Shown in pieces: positions 40,201 through 47,642 of a stretch of DNA of 64,000 bases (its first letter is position 1; every line of letters starts with the position of its first letter). The DNA comes from Bythopirellula sp. (GTDB lineage: Bacteria > Planctomycetota > Planctomycetia > Pirellulales > Lacipirellulaceae). The stretch spans positions 1,152,001-1,216,000 of the forward strand of contig OZ244170.1 in NCBI GenBank assembly GCA_965216565.1, written 5' to 3'. A program made the position numbers and the translations under genes. The notes beneath the pieces are model-generated. The model did not search any database and was not told where the DNA came from. It saw only the letters and a program-made list of their open reading frames with translations.

Positions 40201-42018
40201 CGTGATGCAGACGATCTGCATGAGCTGCTGCTGATGCTTGGAGATCTTTCGAGAGACGAAATCGCCGTTCGCTGCGACAAAGAGATTATGACTGGCGAAA
40301 TGCTGGAAGCTTCTCTCGACAAGTTGTTGTCCGAGCGACGAATCATGGCAGTGCGGATCGGGGGTGACGATCGTTTTGCGGCTGCGGAAGACGCGGCACG
40401 ACTTCGTGACGCGCTAGGAGTGAACCCAACTCCCGGTCTGCCGGCGGCCTTCTTGCAGAGTGTCACGGATCCGTTGGGCGACATGATCTCGCGTTATGCG
40501 CGAACGCACGCCCCGTTCACGGCAGGCGATGTCGCACAGCGTTTGGGTTTGGGCGAAGCACCTGTTCTCTCAGGATTGCGGCAACTTGCTGAATCGGGGC
40601 GAATCGTAGAGGGTGTGTTCGTCACTGGACTTAGTGGACGCCAGTGGTGCGATGCTTCGGTGCTGCGAAAAATTAAACGTCGCTCTCTGGCCAAGTTGCG
40701 GCAACAGGTCGAGGCAACGCCGGCAGTGGCCCTCGCAAGGTTCTTGCCGGCCTGGCATGGCGTAACTCAGCCCGCACGTGGGATGGATGGGCTGCTTGAT
40801 GTTGTGGAACAACTTCAGGGTGCCCCGCTGCTTGCGAGCGCACTCGAATCAGAAATTCTTCCTGCTCGAATCGTGGATTACCAATCGTCGGACCTGGATG
40901 AGTTGTTCTTGGCAGGTGAAGTTACTTGGCGGGGTATCGAAGGTGTCGGGGCATCTGATGGACGGGTGGCGCTGTATCTGACCGATCAGGAACCGTTGTT
41001 GTCACCCTGGTTACAGAAAGACGATTCGCAGTCGGACGAGCCAGATCCACTGGAGGATGCAATTCGAGAATTGCTAAGCCAGCGGGGTGCGTTGCGATTC
41101 GAAGAAATCGTGGATGCGACGGATGCCTTCTCGAAAGATGTGCTGGACGCCCTCTGGCGACTCGTATGGCAGGGAGAATTAACGAACGATACCTTGGCCC
41201 CGCTGCGTTCGATGCTCAAACAGACCCATGCGATCGGCACGCCCCGATCCAAACGAACTCGAAGAGGGCAATCGCGGAAACCCCGCTTTCGGTCGCGTCG
41301 CCGCTCCGTGTTGGCGGGTTCTGAAGGGCGCTGGTCGCTGGCCGCGCGAAATGAACAGCCATCGACGACCGAACGTCAGGCAGCCGTGGTCATGCAACTC
41401 CTTCAACGCCATGGCGTATTCACACGTGGGGCTGCGTCACGGGAATGGGCTCCCGGTGGGTTTGCGGCCTTGTATCCAGTTCTGAAAGCCATGGAAGAAG
41501 CGGGCAAGGTGCGTCGCGGATATTTTGTGGAAGGCCTCGGTGGAGCACAGTTTGCTGTCACCGGTGCAGACGAATTGTTGCGGGCGGAATCAGATCCGGT
41601 GGATCCACAGGCTTCGAATGCGGTCATTCTGGCAGCCACCGATCCTGCCAATGCCTACGGGGCAGCGCTGCCTTGGCCCAAGCCGGAGGATTCGGCGCCG
41701 AACAATGAAGAAACAGAGAAGAGTCGCCTGCAGCGAACGGCTGGAGCACTCGTAATTTTGTGCGAGGGAAATCTGGTCGGTTACATCGGTCGCAGCGGTA
41801 AGAATCTCACTACGTTTATTTCGTCGGAGGAGCCCGACCGCTCGCGACAAATAAAGCAGCTCGCCACGGCGTTAGCTCGTCGAGCTACCGATCGAGGTTC
41901 GGTGCTGCTCGAGAAAATCGACGGCGAGCGACCAGCCAACTCGCCACTAGCCGAAGCGTTGCTAGAAAGCGGATTTTTCGCCATCAACCGTGGATTTGTC
42001 CATCGTGGCGAAAGTTAA
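37237..42018 (+). CDS. lhr: Lhr-family ATP-dependent SF2 helicase, long form
   Basis: APTGSGKT, YISPLKAL, ITTPESL, DEIH, GLSAT, HHGS, SSLELGID, QRIGRAGH; C-terminal RRGYFVEGLGGAQFA and AATDPANAYG. Confidence 0.95.
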   Translation: MPESTQTIDSLSGFHECTRTWFAEAFAAPTKAQDLSWPPIQSGQSTLLLAPTGSGKTLAAFLAALDRVMFGGLGERNIDSALEAPSPSPSPADEGGGGLRGAARERSVEAARDASGKAAGSKSARAGVRVLYISPLKALGVDIDRNLKAPIAGIRAVAQRSETSYTEPSVAVRSGDTPQRERQAILRIPPDVLITTPESLYLMLTSNAESILASVETVIIDEIHVMVPTKRGVHLFLSLERLERLRKKANENCRPLQRIGLSATQRPLEEVAKLLGGGVATADPDLAVTPRPVQIVDASEPKRLELTVEVPVEDMARLGDNAFRDGSNSESGNAALGEPSDASMFTSPTPPSIWPAIHPRLLELINKHRSTMIFVNSRRLAERLSLAINELAAEENPDVGEVALAHHGSVAKEKRAAIEDRLKRGQLPAIIATSSLELGIDMGAVDLVIQIEAPPSIASGMQRIGRAGHQVGESSRGVIFPKYRGDLLACSAATGRMLEGTVEETYYPRNPLDLIGQQIVAIVARESISVDDLYALLRGAAPYADLPRGSFEGILDMLAGRYPSDEFSELRPRINWDRLTGVLSSRRGTQRLAILNGGTIPDRGLYGVFLAGDGPDGTGGSRVGELDEEMVFETQPGDVFLLGASTWRVLEITRDRVIVVPAPGEPGRMPFWRGDAPGRPMEFGRAIGQLARELTFQDEQDALERLDQQHALDGRAAKNLLRYLHDQQEATGETPSDRAIVVESFLDEIGDWRVCILSPFGARVHTPWAIAVAAQLRESGVGEVDMSWSDDGLMFRLLESENPPAVDQFLPQASDVEELITRQLGSTALFAARFRENAARALLLPKRRPQGRTPLWMQRRKSADLLQVAARYPSFPILMETYRECLRDVFDLPGLISLLRDVEQRRVRIVTADTTVPSPFAASLMFNYTANFLYEGDAPLAERRAAALALDHTQLRELLGDTDLSELLDEEVIDQIGLEVGRLDRPMVRDADDLHELLLMLGDLSRDEIAVRCDKEIMTGEMLEASLDKLLSERRIMAVRIGGDDRFAAAEDAARLRDALGVNPTPGLPAAFLQSVTDPLGDMISRYARTHAPFTAGDVAQRLGLGEAPVLSGLRQLAESGRIVEGVFVTGLSGRQWCDASVLRKIKRRSLAKLRQQVEATPAVALARFLPAWHGVTQPARGMDGLLDVVEQLQGAPLLASALESEILPARIVDYQSSDLDELFLAGEVTWRGIEGVGASDGRVALYLTDQEPLLSPWLQKDDSQSDEPDPLEDAIRELLSQRGALRFEEIVDATDAFSKDVLDALWRLVWQGELTNDTLAPLRSMLKQTHAIGTPRSKRTRRGQSRKPRFRSRRRSVLAGSEGRWSLAARNEQPSTTERQAAVVMQLLQRHGVFTRGAASREWAPGGFAALYPVLKAMEEAGKVRRGYFVEGLGGAQFAVTGADELLRAESDPVDPQASNAVILAATDPANAYGAALPWPKPEDSAPNNEETEKSRLQRTAGALVILCEGNLVGYIGRSGKNLTTFISSEEPDRSRQIKQLATALARRATDRGSVLLEKIDGERPANSPLAEALLESGFFAINRGFVHRGES

Positions 42019-42045
42019 GGAATAGGGACGACACGGAGGTTTATC

Positions 42046-42864
42046 ATGCCAGAGGGCGACACACTTTACCGCATCGCGAATAAGCTGCGACCTGTGCTGG
42101 TCGATCAAGTGATCACTGACGCCAAAGCGTGGGAGGTGCGTCGGGGGCCATCTATCGATGCCGAGTCGCTGGTGGGAAAACGTGTGACGGCTGTCGAGGC
42201 GATCGGCAAACACTTGCTTGTGACTTTCGAAGATCGGCGTGTCATCCACTCGCACCTAGGCATGACCGGTTCGTGGCACGTCTATGCACACGATGAACCC
42301 TGGCGCAAGCCGGCTCAGCGGGCGGCGCTGAGGCTGGGGACGGAATCGCATGTCGTGGTAAATTTCAGCCCCAAACTCATAGAAATTGCCAGCCGATCCA
42401 GAGTGCTGGGCGACTCGTATTTACAGCGATTGGGTCCCGACATGATGAAAAGGGAGCTGGACTACCAGTTCGCACTAGCGCGGCTGAGAGTTCATAACCG
42501 CACCCCCATTGGAGAAGCGGTGATGAACCAAACGATCGTCGCAGGGATCGGGAATGTGTATAAGTCGGAGTCGCTGTTTCTCTGCCGATTCGATCCTTGG
42601 CGGCAGGTGGGGAAAATCGGGGACGCTTCACTCTTAGACTATCTGCAGCAGACGCATCAGTTGATGCGGAAGAATCGCCGCGGCGGTATGCGGATGACCC
42701 GCTTTGCTGTCGATGGGGTGCATAAATGGGTCTATGGAAGAGAAGGCGAACCCTGTTTGGTTTGCGGTACGCAAATTCGAATGCGCAGGCAGGGCGATCA
42801 AGCTCGTAGTACTTATTGGTGCCCTCGGTGTCAGAAGCAGTCGTCTCAAGTTGCTTCTACATGA
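42046..42864 (+). CDS. nei: Fpg/Nei family DNA glycosylase (endonuclease VIII-like)
   Basis: N-terminal MPEG, GKHL, HLGMTGSW, H2TH AGIGNVYKSE, zinc finger CLVC...WCPRCQ. Confidence 0.93.
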   Translation: MPEGDTLYRIANKLRPVLVDQVITDAKAWEVRRGPSIDAESLVGKRVTAVEAIGKHLLVTFEDRRVIHSHLGMTGSWHVYAHDEPWRKPAQRAALRLGTESHVVVNFSPKLIEIASRSRVLGDSYLQRLGPDMMKRELDYQFALARLRVHNRTPIGEAVMNQTIVAGIGNVYKSESLFLCRFDPWRQVGKIGDASLLDYLQQTHQLMRKNRRGGMRMTRFAVDGVHKWVYGREGEPCLVCGTQIRMRRQGDQARSTYWCPRCQKQSSQVAST

Positions 42865-42984
42865 GTTGAGCATTCGAGTTTGAGCAATTGAGTGGTTTGG
42901 CCAAGATGCCCGCTGTTGGCGGGACAAGAGTGTTTGCTGAAGAATCGAAGGCGCTCAGTAGATTTGATTGCGGACTCTCGATTT

Positions 42985-43890
42985 TCATCTAAAGCGTTCC
43001 CTCAAGCTGCGACGTCTGGGGCCTCTTCGTTCGGGGGCCGGAGCACCAAGTAAAATCAGGGTTAAAGCATAGAACCGATGCGGCTTGTAAGGCTCGAGGA
43101 ATCGAACCATGTCTTCGTCGTCGCCCTCGGCTTTGCCAGTGAAAAACTGAGCCACGTGCCGGGGGTGGCTGTAGTCGCCGAGCATGAGGGCGTCATCGTT
43201 TCCCATGCCTGCTCCCTGCAAGTATCCGATCGTCCAAGGCCCAATGCCTGGCAGCTTCGCTAGCAATTGCGTCGTTTCTTGCACGGCACTGGATTGCAGT
43301 CCCGCGCCCCACGTCGATTCGATCCGCTTAGACCTGCGCATGGTTTCTACAATCCTGCGTCCGTGCTGCGGGAGTACGCCACACTCGATGAATTGATGAG
43401 AGACAAGTTTCGCTAGTTCTTGCGAAGTCGGCGAATACCATAGGTCGGGTTGATCGGGGACTTGTGTGCCATACGTCGTGACCAGCTTCCGCCAGCCATA
43501 GCAAGCGTCTCGAAAAGTGACGAGTTGCTGCAGAATAATTTGCACGAGTCGTTGGGAGAGATAGGGGTACCTTTGGATTCTCATGCCGCGATACTTATTT
43601 GCAATAGTAACCAGGGCCCGTGGGGCACGGATCTCTGGTGGCTGGTACTCAAGCCCAAACAATACGGGAAGATGTTCTACGAGCCAGTGACTCTCAGTAT
43701 CTAAAAACTCGACGTGTAGTTGGTCATCCTCGTGTTTGACAGAAATAGCAGCCCGGCCCGCTGCCGTGGTGAGAGCCATTCGGAATTGATGAGGCCCATC
43801 GAATTTCAGGCATGGGTCTCCCGATCCCATGGAGAATAGAAAAAACGTGGAGGCCAGGTCGTATGGGCCTTCTAAATCGAACGAGTGCAC
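42985..43890 (-). CDS. HhH-GPD DNA glycosylase (AlkA / 3-methyladenine glycosylase II-like)
   Basis: ILQQLVT, LPGIGPWT HhH motif, GD catalytic motif, LEPYKPHR; GTG start with TGAGGA RBS. Confidence 0.85.
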   Translation of the reverse strand: MHSFDLEGPYDLASTFFLFSMGSGDPCLKFDGPHQFRMALTTAAGRAAISVKHEDDQLHVEFLDTESHWLVEHLPVLFGLEYQPPEIRAPRALVTIANKYRGMRIQRYPYLSQRLVQIILQQLVTFRDACYGWRKLVTTYGTQVPDQPDLWYSPTSQELAKLVSHQFIECGVLPQHGRRIVETMRRSKRIESTWGAGLQSSAVQETTQLLAKLPGIGPWTIGYLQGAGMGNDDALMLGDYSHPRHVAQFFTGKAEGDDEDMVRFLEPYKPHRFYALTLILLGAPAPERRGPRRRSLRERFR

Positions 43891-43911
43891 CCTGCTAGTT
43901 CCTCACCGGTC

Positions 43912-43951
43912 AGGGTACCGCCCACATTCGTGTAATTTTGCACGTTAAGCA
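43912..43951 (+). repeat. Transposon left terminal inverted repeat
   Basis: AGGGTACCGCCCACATTCGTGTAATTTTGCACGTTAAGCA; inner CACGTTAAG as in Tn3. Confidence 0.97.
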
Positions 43952-46863
43952 TTCCGGATGAGGCTACGGTCGAGTCGGTATTCGCCGTAAAGCACCACAT
44001 TTTCCCACTCGATGGGACTGACGTGCTGCAAGCAGTCTAGGTCAACGCCTGATTCCACCGCTGATGGGCTGCCCAAGCAATCCGAGATTTCGCGTGCCTG
44101 CCAGTAGATGATGCAGGCAAGAATCAGCGTCAAGCAGCTACAACTGTTAAGTTGTCCGTGGATTTCACGGGCATTGACCTTTCCACGCTTGCCGTAGAAC
44201 ACGTCGCGTGCCAAGGCGTGCAGTTCTTCGACCTTGAGTAGCCCCCGCCGAATCCGGCTGCGAAGCTGCGGCTGCGAGAGATACTGCAAGATGAACTCGG
44301 TTTTGAAAATTCGGCCTAGGTCCCGGTTGGCTCGAAAAAAGCGGTTCTTCGCCGAGTAGCGAACTAGCCTCCGCAGAGCCACACTCGCCGTAGTGTGCCC
44401 ACGCTCTAGCGATGCGTAAAAGTGGCCCATGCGGTCCCATTGGGCGGTAATCGCTTCGGTCTTCACCGTTCGGTCAGCTCGGGAGACTAGGTTTTCGAGG
44501 GCTCCATAATCGCGATACGGGTCGACGCGGTAGATGCGTTGCTGCTGGACACCTCGAATTCTTGGGCAGAACCGGCGACCGAGCATCGAGAAGGCGGCGA
44601 AGTTGATTTCGGTGTAGCCGTGGGTATCTGTGTAGTGCTCTTCCAGGTCGAGGTCGTTCTCGTTGTAGAGCAAGCCGTCGAGCACGTTAGCCGCATCCCG
44701 GTCGGTGCATTCTATCGGAGTGCTGTAGAAAGGGGCGTAGTTGTCCGAGACGAACGAATAGAACTCTAAGGCGAAGTCACTGAATCGGGGGCTGTAGGTT
44801 TGCTGCAACACTTTCCTGGGAAACAAGAACCTCTGCCCATCGCTGGCCGAAGTCTTGCCCTGCCCCCAGGTCATCATCGTATCGAGTCCAGCAATTGCGG
44901 CGACCAGCTCGGCCAAAGCCCCACGCTGAGCTTCCTCGGTCAGCTGCCAGTCGCTAACCCGCTTGAGTTGTTTGTAGCTGATGCCGGGCGTCAGCTGAGC
45001 CATCGTATAGGACCCGATATTGCAGCCGTGAGCCATCACGGCCGCCAAAGCCGTACAGACTTCTTCGGCGGTTCGGTTTTGGTTTTGAGCGGGCGTCATG
45101 AAGTGCCGCGTGAAGCCGATGGCGTTATCCACTTCGATGAGCAGCTCGGGAAGCCTAATTCGACGCATGCTCCTGCCGAGCCAGGCCTTGAACTGGCTGA
45201 TGCGTTGCTGGGTTTCGTCGTCGGGTTGCCCACCCTGGTCGACCGACAGATGCCAACCGTCTTCGTCCGCTTTGGCGTAGCTATTGGAGGGGGCTGTTTC
45301 GAGAAACGTGTCGTAAGCCAAGTTCAAGCGATTGGTGAGATATTCGCTTACCGCTGATGGGTTTGTTGGCAGCCCAGACTTCTGAAAAAAGTCTTCTCGA
45401 TGCGTTTGCCATTCTTCTTCGGGAATGAAGAAGTCATCGAAGCGGCCGTACCGTTTACTGTGGCGAATCGACAGGTTGCCGCAGCGGACCTCGTCGCGGA
45501 TGGCGTACAGCAGCGAGCACTCCCAAGGCCTACGTTCGGGGATGGAATCGGCAGCGACGAACGACCTGAACCGGGCAGGCACAAATTCAATTGGAGCGTC
45601 TTCAGAGAGCTTCCGCTTGTTCGCCTCATTGAGCTGTTTCAGCAACATAAGGGCTTCTAGGCAGGGCGAAGCGTCCGCAGGTGATTCCGTTTCGAAAGCG
45701 AGCGATTTGAAGAACGACGGAGAGAATTTTCGCAGGTAGGAAAACCGCTTTAAGATGCCGTGGACCTTGCTGCTTGACTTGCCTTGGGTCCACTCCGTGA
45801 TGCTGGCAAGCTGAGCCTTCAGCCGCTCTTTTGGAACCCGTCCATAAACCTTAGAACGAACATTGTCGTCCGGTATGTCTTCATCGAGTAACGTCGATGC
45901 CAAGACTTCCAGAACCGACAAGGATTCAAGGATGCCCCGGCGTTTATCTTTGAGACGTTCGTCGAGCTCGTTCTGGGCGTGGCTCTCGATACGAGTGAGC
46001 AGCTTATCGAACAGATTGAACGCCTGGTCGACCGCATCCCGGTAGGCCTGCCAAAGGAAGCAGGTCATCGCCGCGTCACGCCTCGGCTTGGTCAATTTCT
46101 GCAGGCGGTCGACCGAGCAGTTCCGGACGTGGTGAAACAGCGACCTCTGGTAGTTGCCATTCAGCCAGTCGAGTTCGACGCCGATAACACCCGACTCTTC
46201 GATGGCTGTCATCTTCATCAGCAGGGCAAGAATCGCCTCGGGCGATGACTTGTCCGGATTCGCCTTGATAGCCTGAAGGCCTGAGACGCGGGTGCTGTCA
46301 TCGACAGAGAGCAATTCCTCAAAAGCGGTTTCCGCTTGCGGAGGCAACTGGTGAGCAATCCGGTCATGGATGCGTTCCCTGGCCCGTGTTCGCTGCTCAC
46401 TGATGAGTCGGTGAATTGACGATTCAGCCGGGGTCAGCACCCCACGAGCCGCCAGGAAATCGTTGGCTCTAGCGACTAGCGAAGCTGTCCGTTCCAAGCG
46501 GAAACATTCCTCAAACAAGAACGCTTCCAGCTGGTTGACCACTTCTCCCTCGAAGCGTTGCAGTCCTAAGTATTCGCGAATACGAACCTGATGTTCCGAG
46601 ACGGTTTGTCGCCTGCTGAGATAATCCTCGATTCCTTCCGGGTCGACCCGGAGCTGTACCCCGGTGTAGACCAACAGCTCGTCGATGATTTCGACCGACT
46701 CGGCAATCGGAAAGCGATTCATCAACCGCACAAAGCCAACCTGGTACGCAAATCCGAGGCGGCTATAGTCGCGGCGGCATTGGTTGATTTGGTCGTAGTC
46801 TTCAACGGTTAGCGAAGCCCGCTCTGCTAGCTGTTTCCGCGTGTAGGTCTTGGCCCTGGTCAT
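43945..46863 (-). CDS. tnpA: Tn3-family transposase
   Basis: About 970 aa; RLGFAYQ N-terminal domain; DDE motifs ASDGQ, YTDTHGY and KVEELHALAR; SPIEWENV..GEY; stop codon lies inside the IR. Confidence 0.97.
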   Translation of the reverse strand: MTRAKTYTRKQLAERASLTVEDYDQINQCRRDYSRLGFAYQVGFVRLMNRFPIAESVEIIDELLVYTGVQLRVDPEGIEDYLSRRQTVSEHQVRIREYLGLQRFEGEVVNQLEAFLFEECFRLERTASLVARANDFLAARGVLTPAESSIHRLISEQRTRARERIHDRIAHQLPPQAETAFEELLSVDDSTRVSGLQAIKANPDKSSPEAILALLMKMTAIEESGVIGVELDWLNGNYQRSLFHHVRNCSVDRLQKLTKPRRDAAMTCFLWQAYRDAVDQAFNLFDKLLTRIESHAQNELDERLKDKRRGILESLSVLEVLASTLLDEDIPDDNVRSKVYGRVPKERLKAQLASITEWTQGKSSSKVHGILKRFSYLRKFSPSFFKSLAFETESPADASPCLEALMLLKQLNEANKRKLSEDAPIEFVPARFRSFVAADSIPERRPWECSLLYAIRDEVRCGNLSIRHSKRYGRFDDFFIPEEEWQTHREDFFQKSGLPTNPSAVSEYLTNRLNLAYDTFLETAPSNSYAKADEDGWHLSVDQGGQPDDETQQRISQFKAWLGRSMRRIRLPELLIEVDNAIGFTRHFMTPAQNQNRTAEEVCTALAAVMAHGCNIGSYTMAQLTPGISYKQLKRVSDWQLTEEAQRGALAELVAAIAGLDTMMTWGQGKTSASDGQRFLFPRKVLQQTYSPRFSDFALEFYSFVSDNYAPFYSTPIECTDRDAANVLDGLLYNENDLDLEEHYTDTHGYTEINFAAFSMLGRRFCPRIRGVQQQRIYRVDPYRDYGALENLVSRADRTVKTEAITAQWDRMGHFYASLERGHTTASVALRRLVRYSAKNRFFRANRDLGRIFKTEFILQYLSQPQLRSRIRRGLLKVEELHALARDVFYGKRGKVNAREIHGQLNSCSCLTLILACIIYWQAREISDCLGSPSAVESGVDLDCLQHVSPIEWENVVLYGEYRLDRSLIRNA

Positions 46864-46889
46864 GAGGGGCTTCCTTGCATGTAACGGTA

Positions 46890-47035
46890 GTCCCAAAAAC
46901 GCTCGTTTTTGGGACACCTTGGATGAGTGCTGAAAAGTGCCTCCTTGCAACGGTAAATGTGTCCCACAACTTGTCTCTTTATCAAAGTCCCAATACTTAG
47001 TATAGGATTAGCTTATGGAACACACTGATTTCAAC
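46890..47035. promoter_or_regulatory. Putative res site and divergent promoter region
   Basis: Perfect 12-bp arms GTCCCAAAAACG-ct-CGTTTTTGGGAC (46890-46915); further GTCCCA half-sites near 46960 and 46987; lies between divergent tnpA and tnpR. Confidence 0.7.
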
Positions 47036-47049
47036 AAGGATGAGTTTTT

Positions 47050-47610
47050 ATGCTGATTGGTTACGCACGAGTTTCAACTCAAGACCAGAAGCTCTCGTCA
47101 CAGCAAGATGCCCTCAAACAGGCTGGCTGCGAACGCATCTACACCGACAAAATCAGTGGAGCCACCGAGCAGCGTAGTGGACTGGATAAGGCGTTGGACC
47201 AGCTCCGGCCTGATGACACGCTCGTCGTCTGGAAACTCGACCGGCTGGGCCGGTCTTTGACTCATCTAGTTGAGCTAGTCAACGACCTCAAGGACCGTGA
47301 GATTGGCTTTCGCAGCTTGCAAGAAAACATCGACACTACATCGGGTGTCGGGAAGCTGGTGTTCCACATCTTCGCTTCGCTTGCGGAGTTTGAGCGTGAC
47401 TTGATTCGTGAACGGACAATGGCTGGCCTCAATTCGGCACGGTCTCGCGGCAGGCTTGGAGGTCGCCCCAAGGTGATGGATAACAAAAAAGCGGCGATGG
47501 CACGCTCGATGCACCAAGGTGATGACCTTTCGGTGAAGGAAATATGTACCACGCTTGGTATCAGCAGAACAACTTTTTACCGGTATCTACGAGCCGAAGA
47601 TGCAGCATAG
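47050..47610 (+). CDS. tnpR: Serine recombinase / resolvase with C-terminal HTH
   Basis: GYARVST catalytic Ser, VWKLDRLGRS, AEFER..IRERT..GL, GRLGGRP, LGISRTTFYRYL. Confidence 0.96.
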   Translation: MLIGYARVSTQDQKLSSQQDALKQAGCERIYTDKISGATEQRSGLDKALDQLRPDDTLVVWKLDRLGRSLTHLVELVNDLKDREIGFRSLQENIDTTSGVGKLVFHIFASLAEFERDLIRERTMAGLNSARSRGRLGGRPKVMDNKKAAMARSMHQGDDLSVKEICTTLGISRTTFYRYLRAEDAA

Positions 47611-47642
47611 GAAGTTTGCGTCGAGCAGCAAAATGTCTCGCC

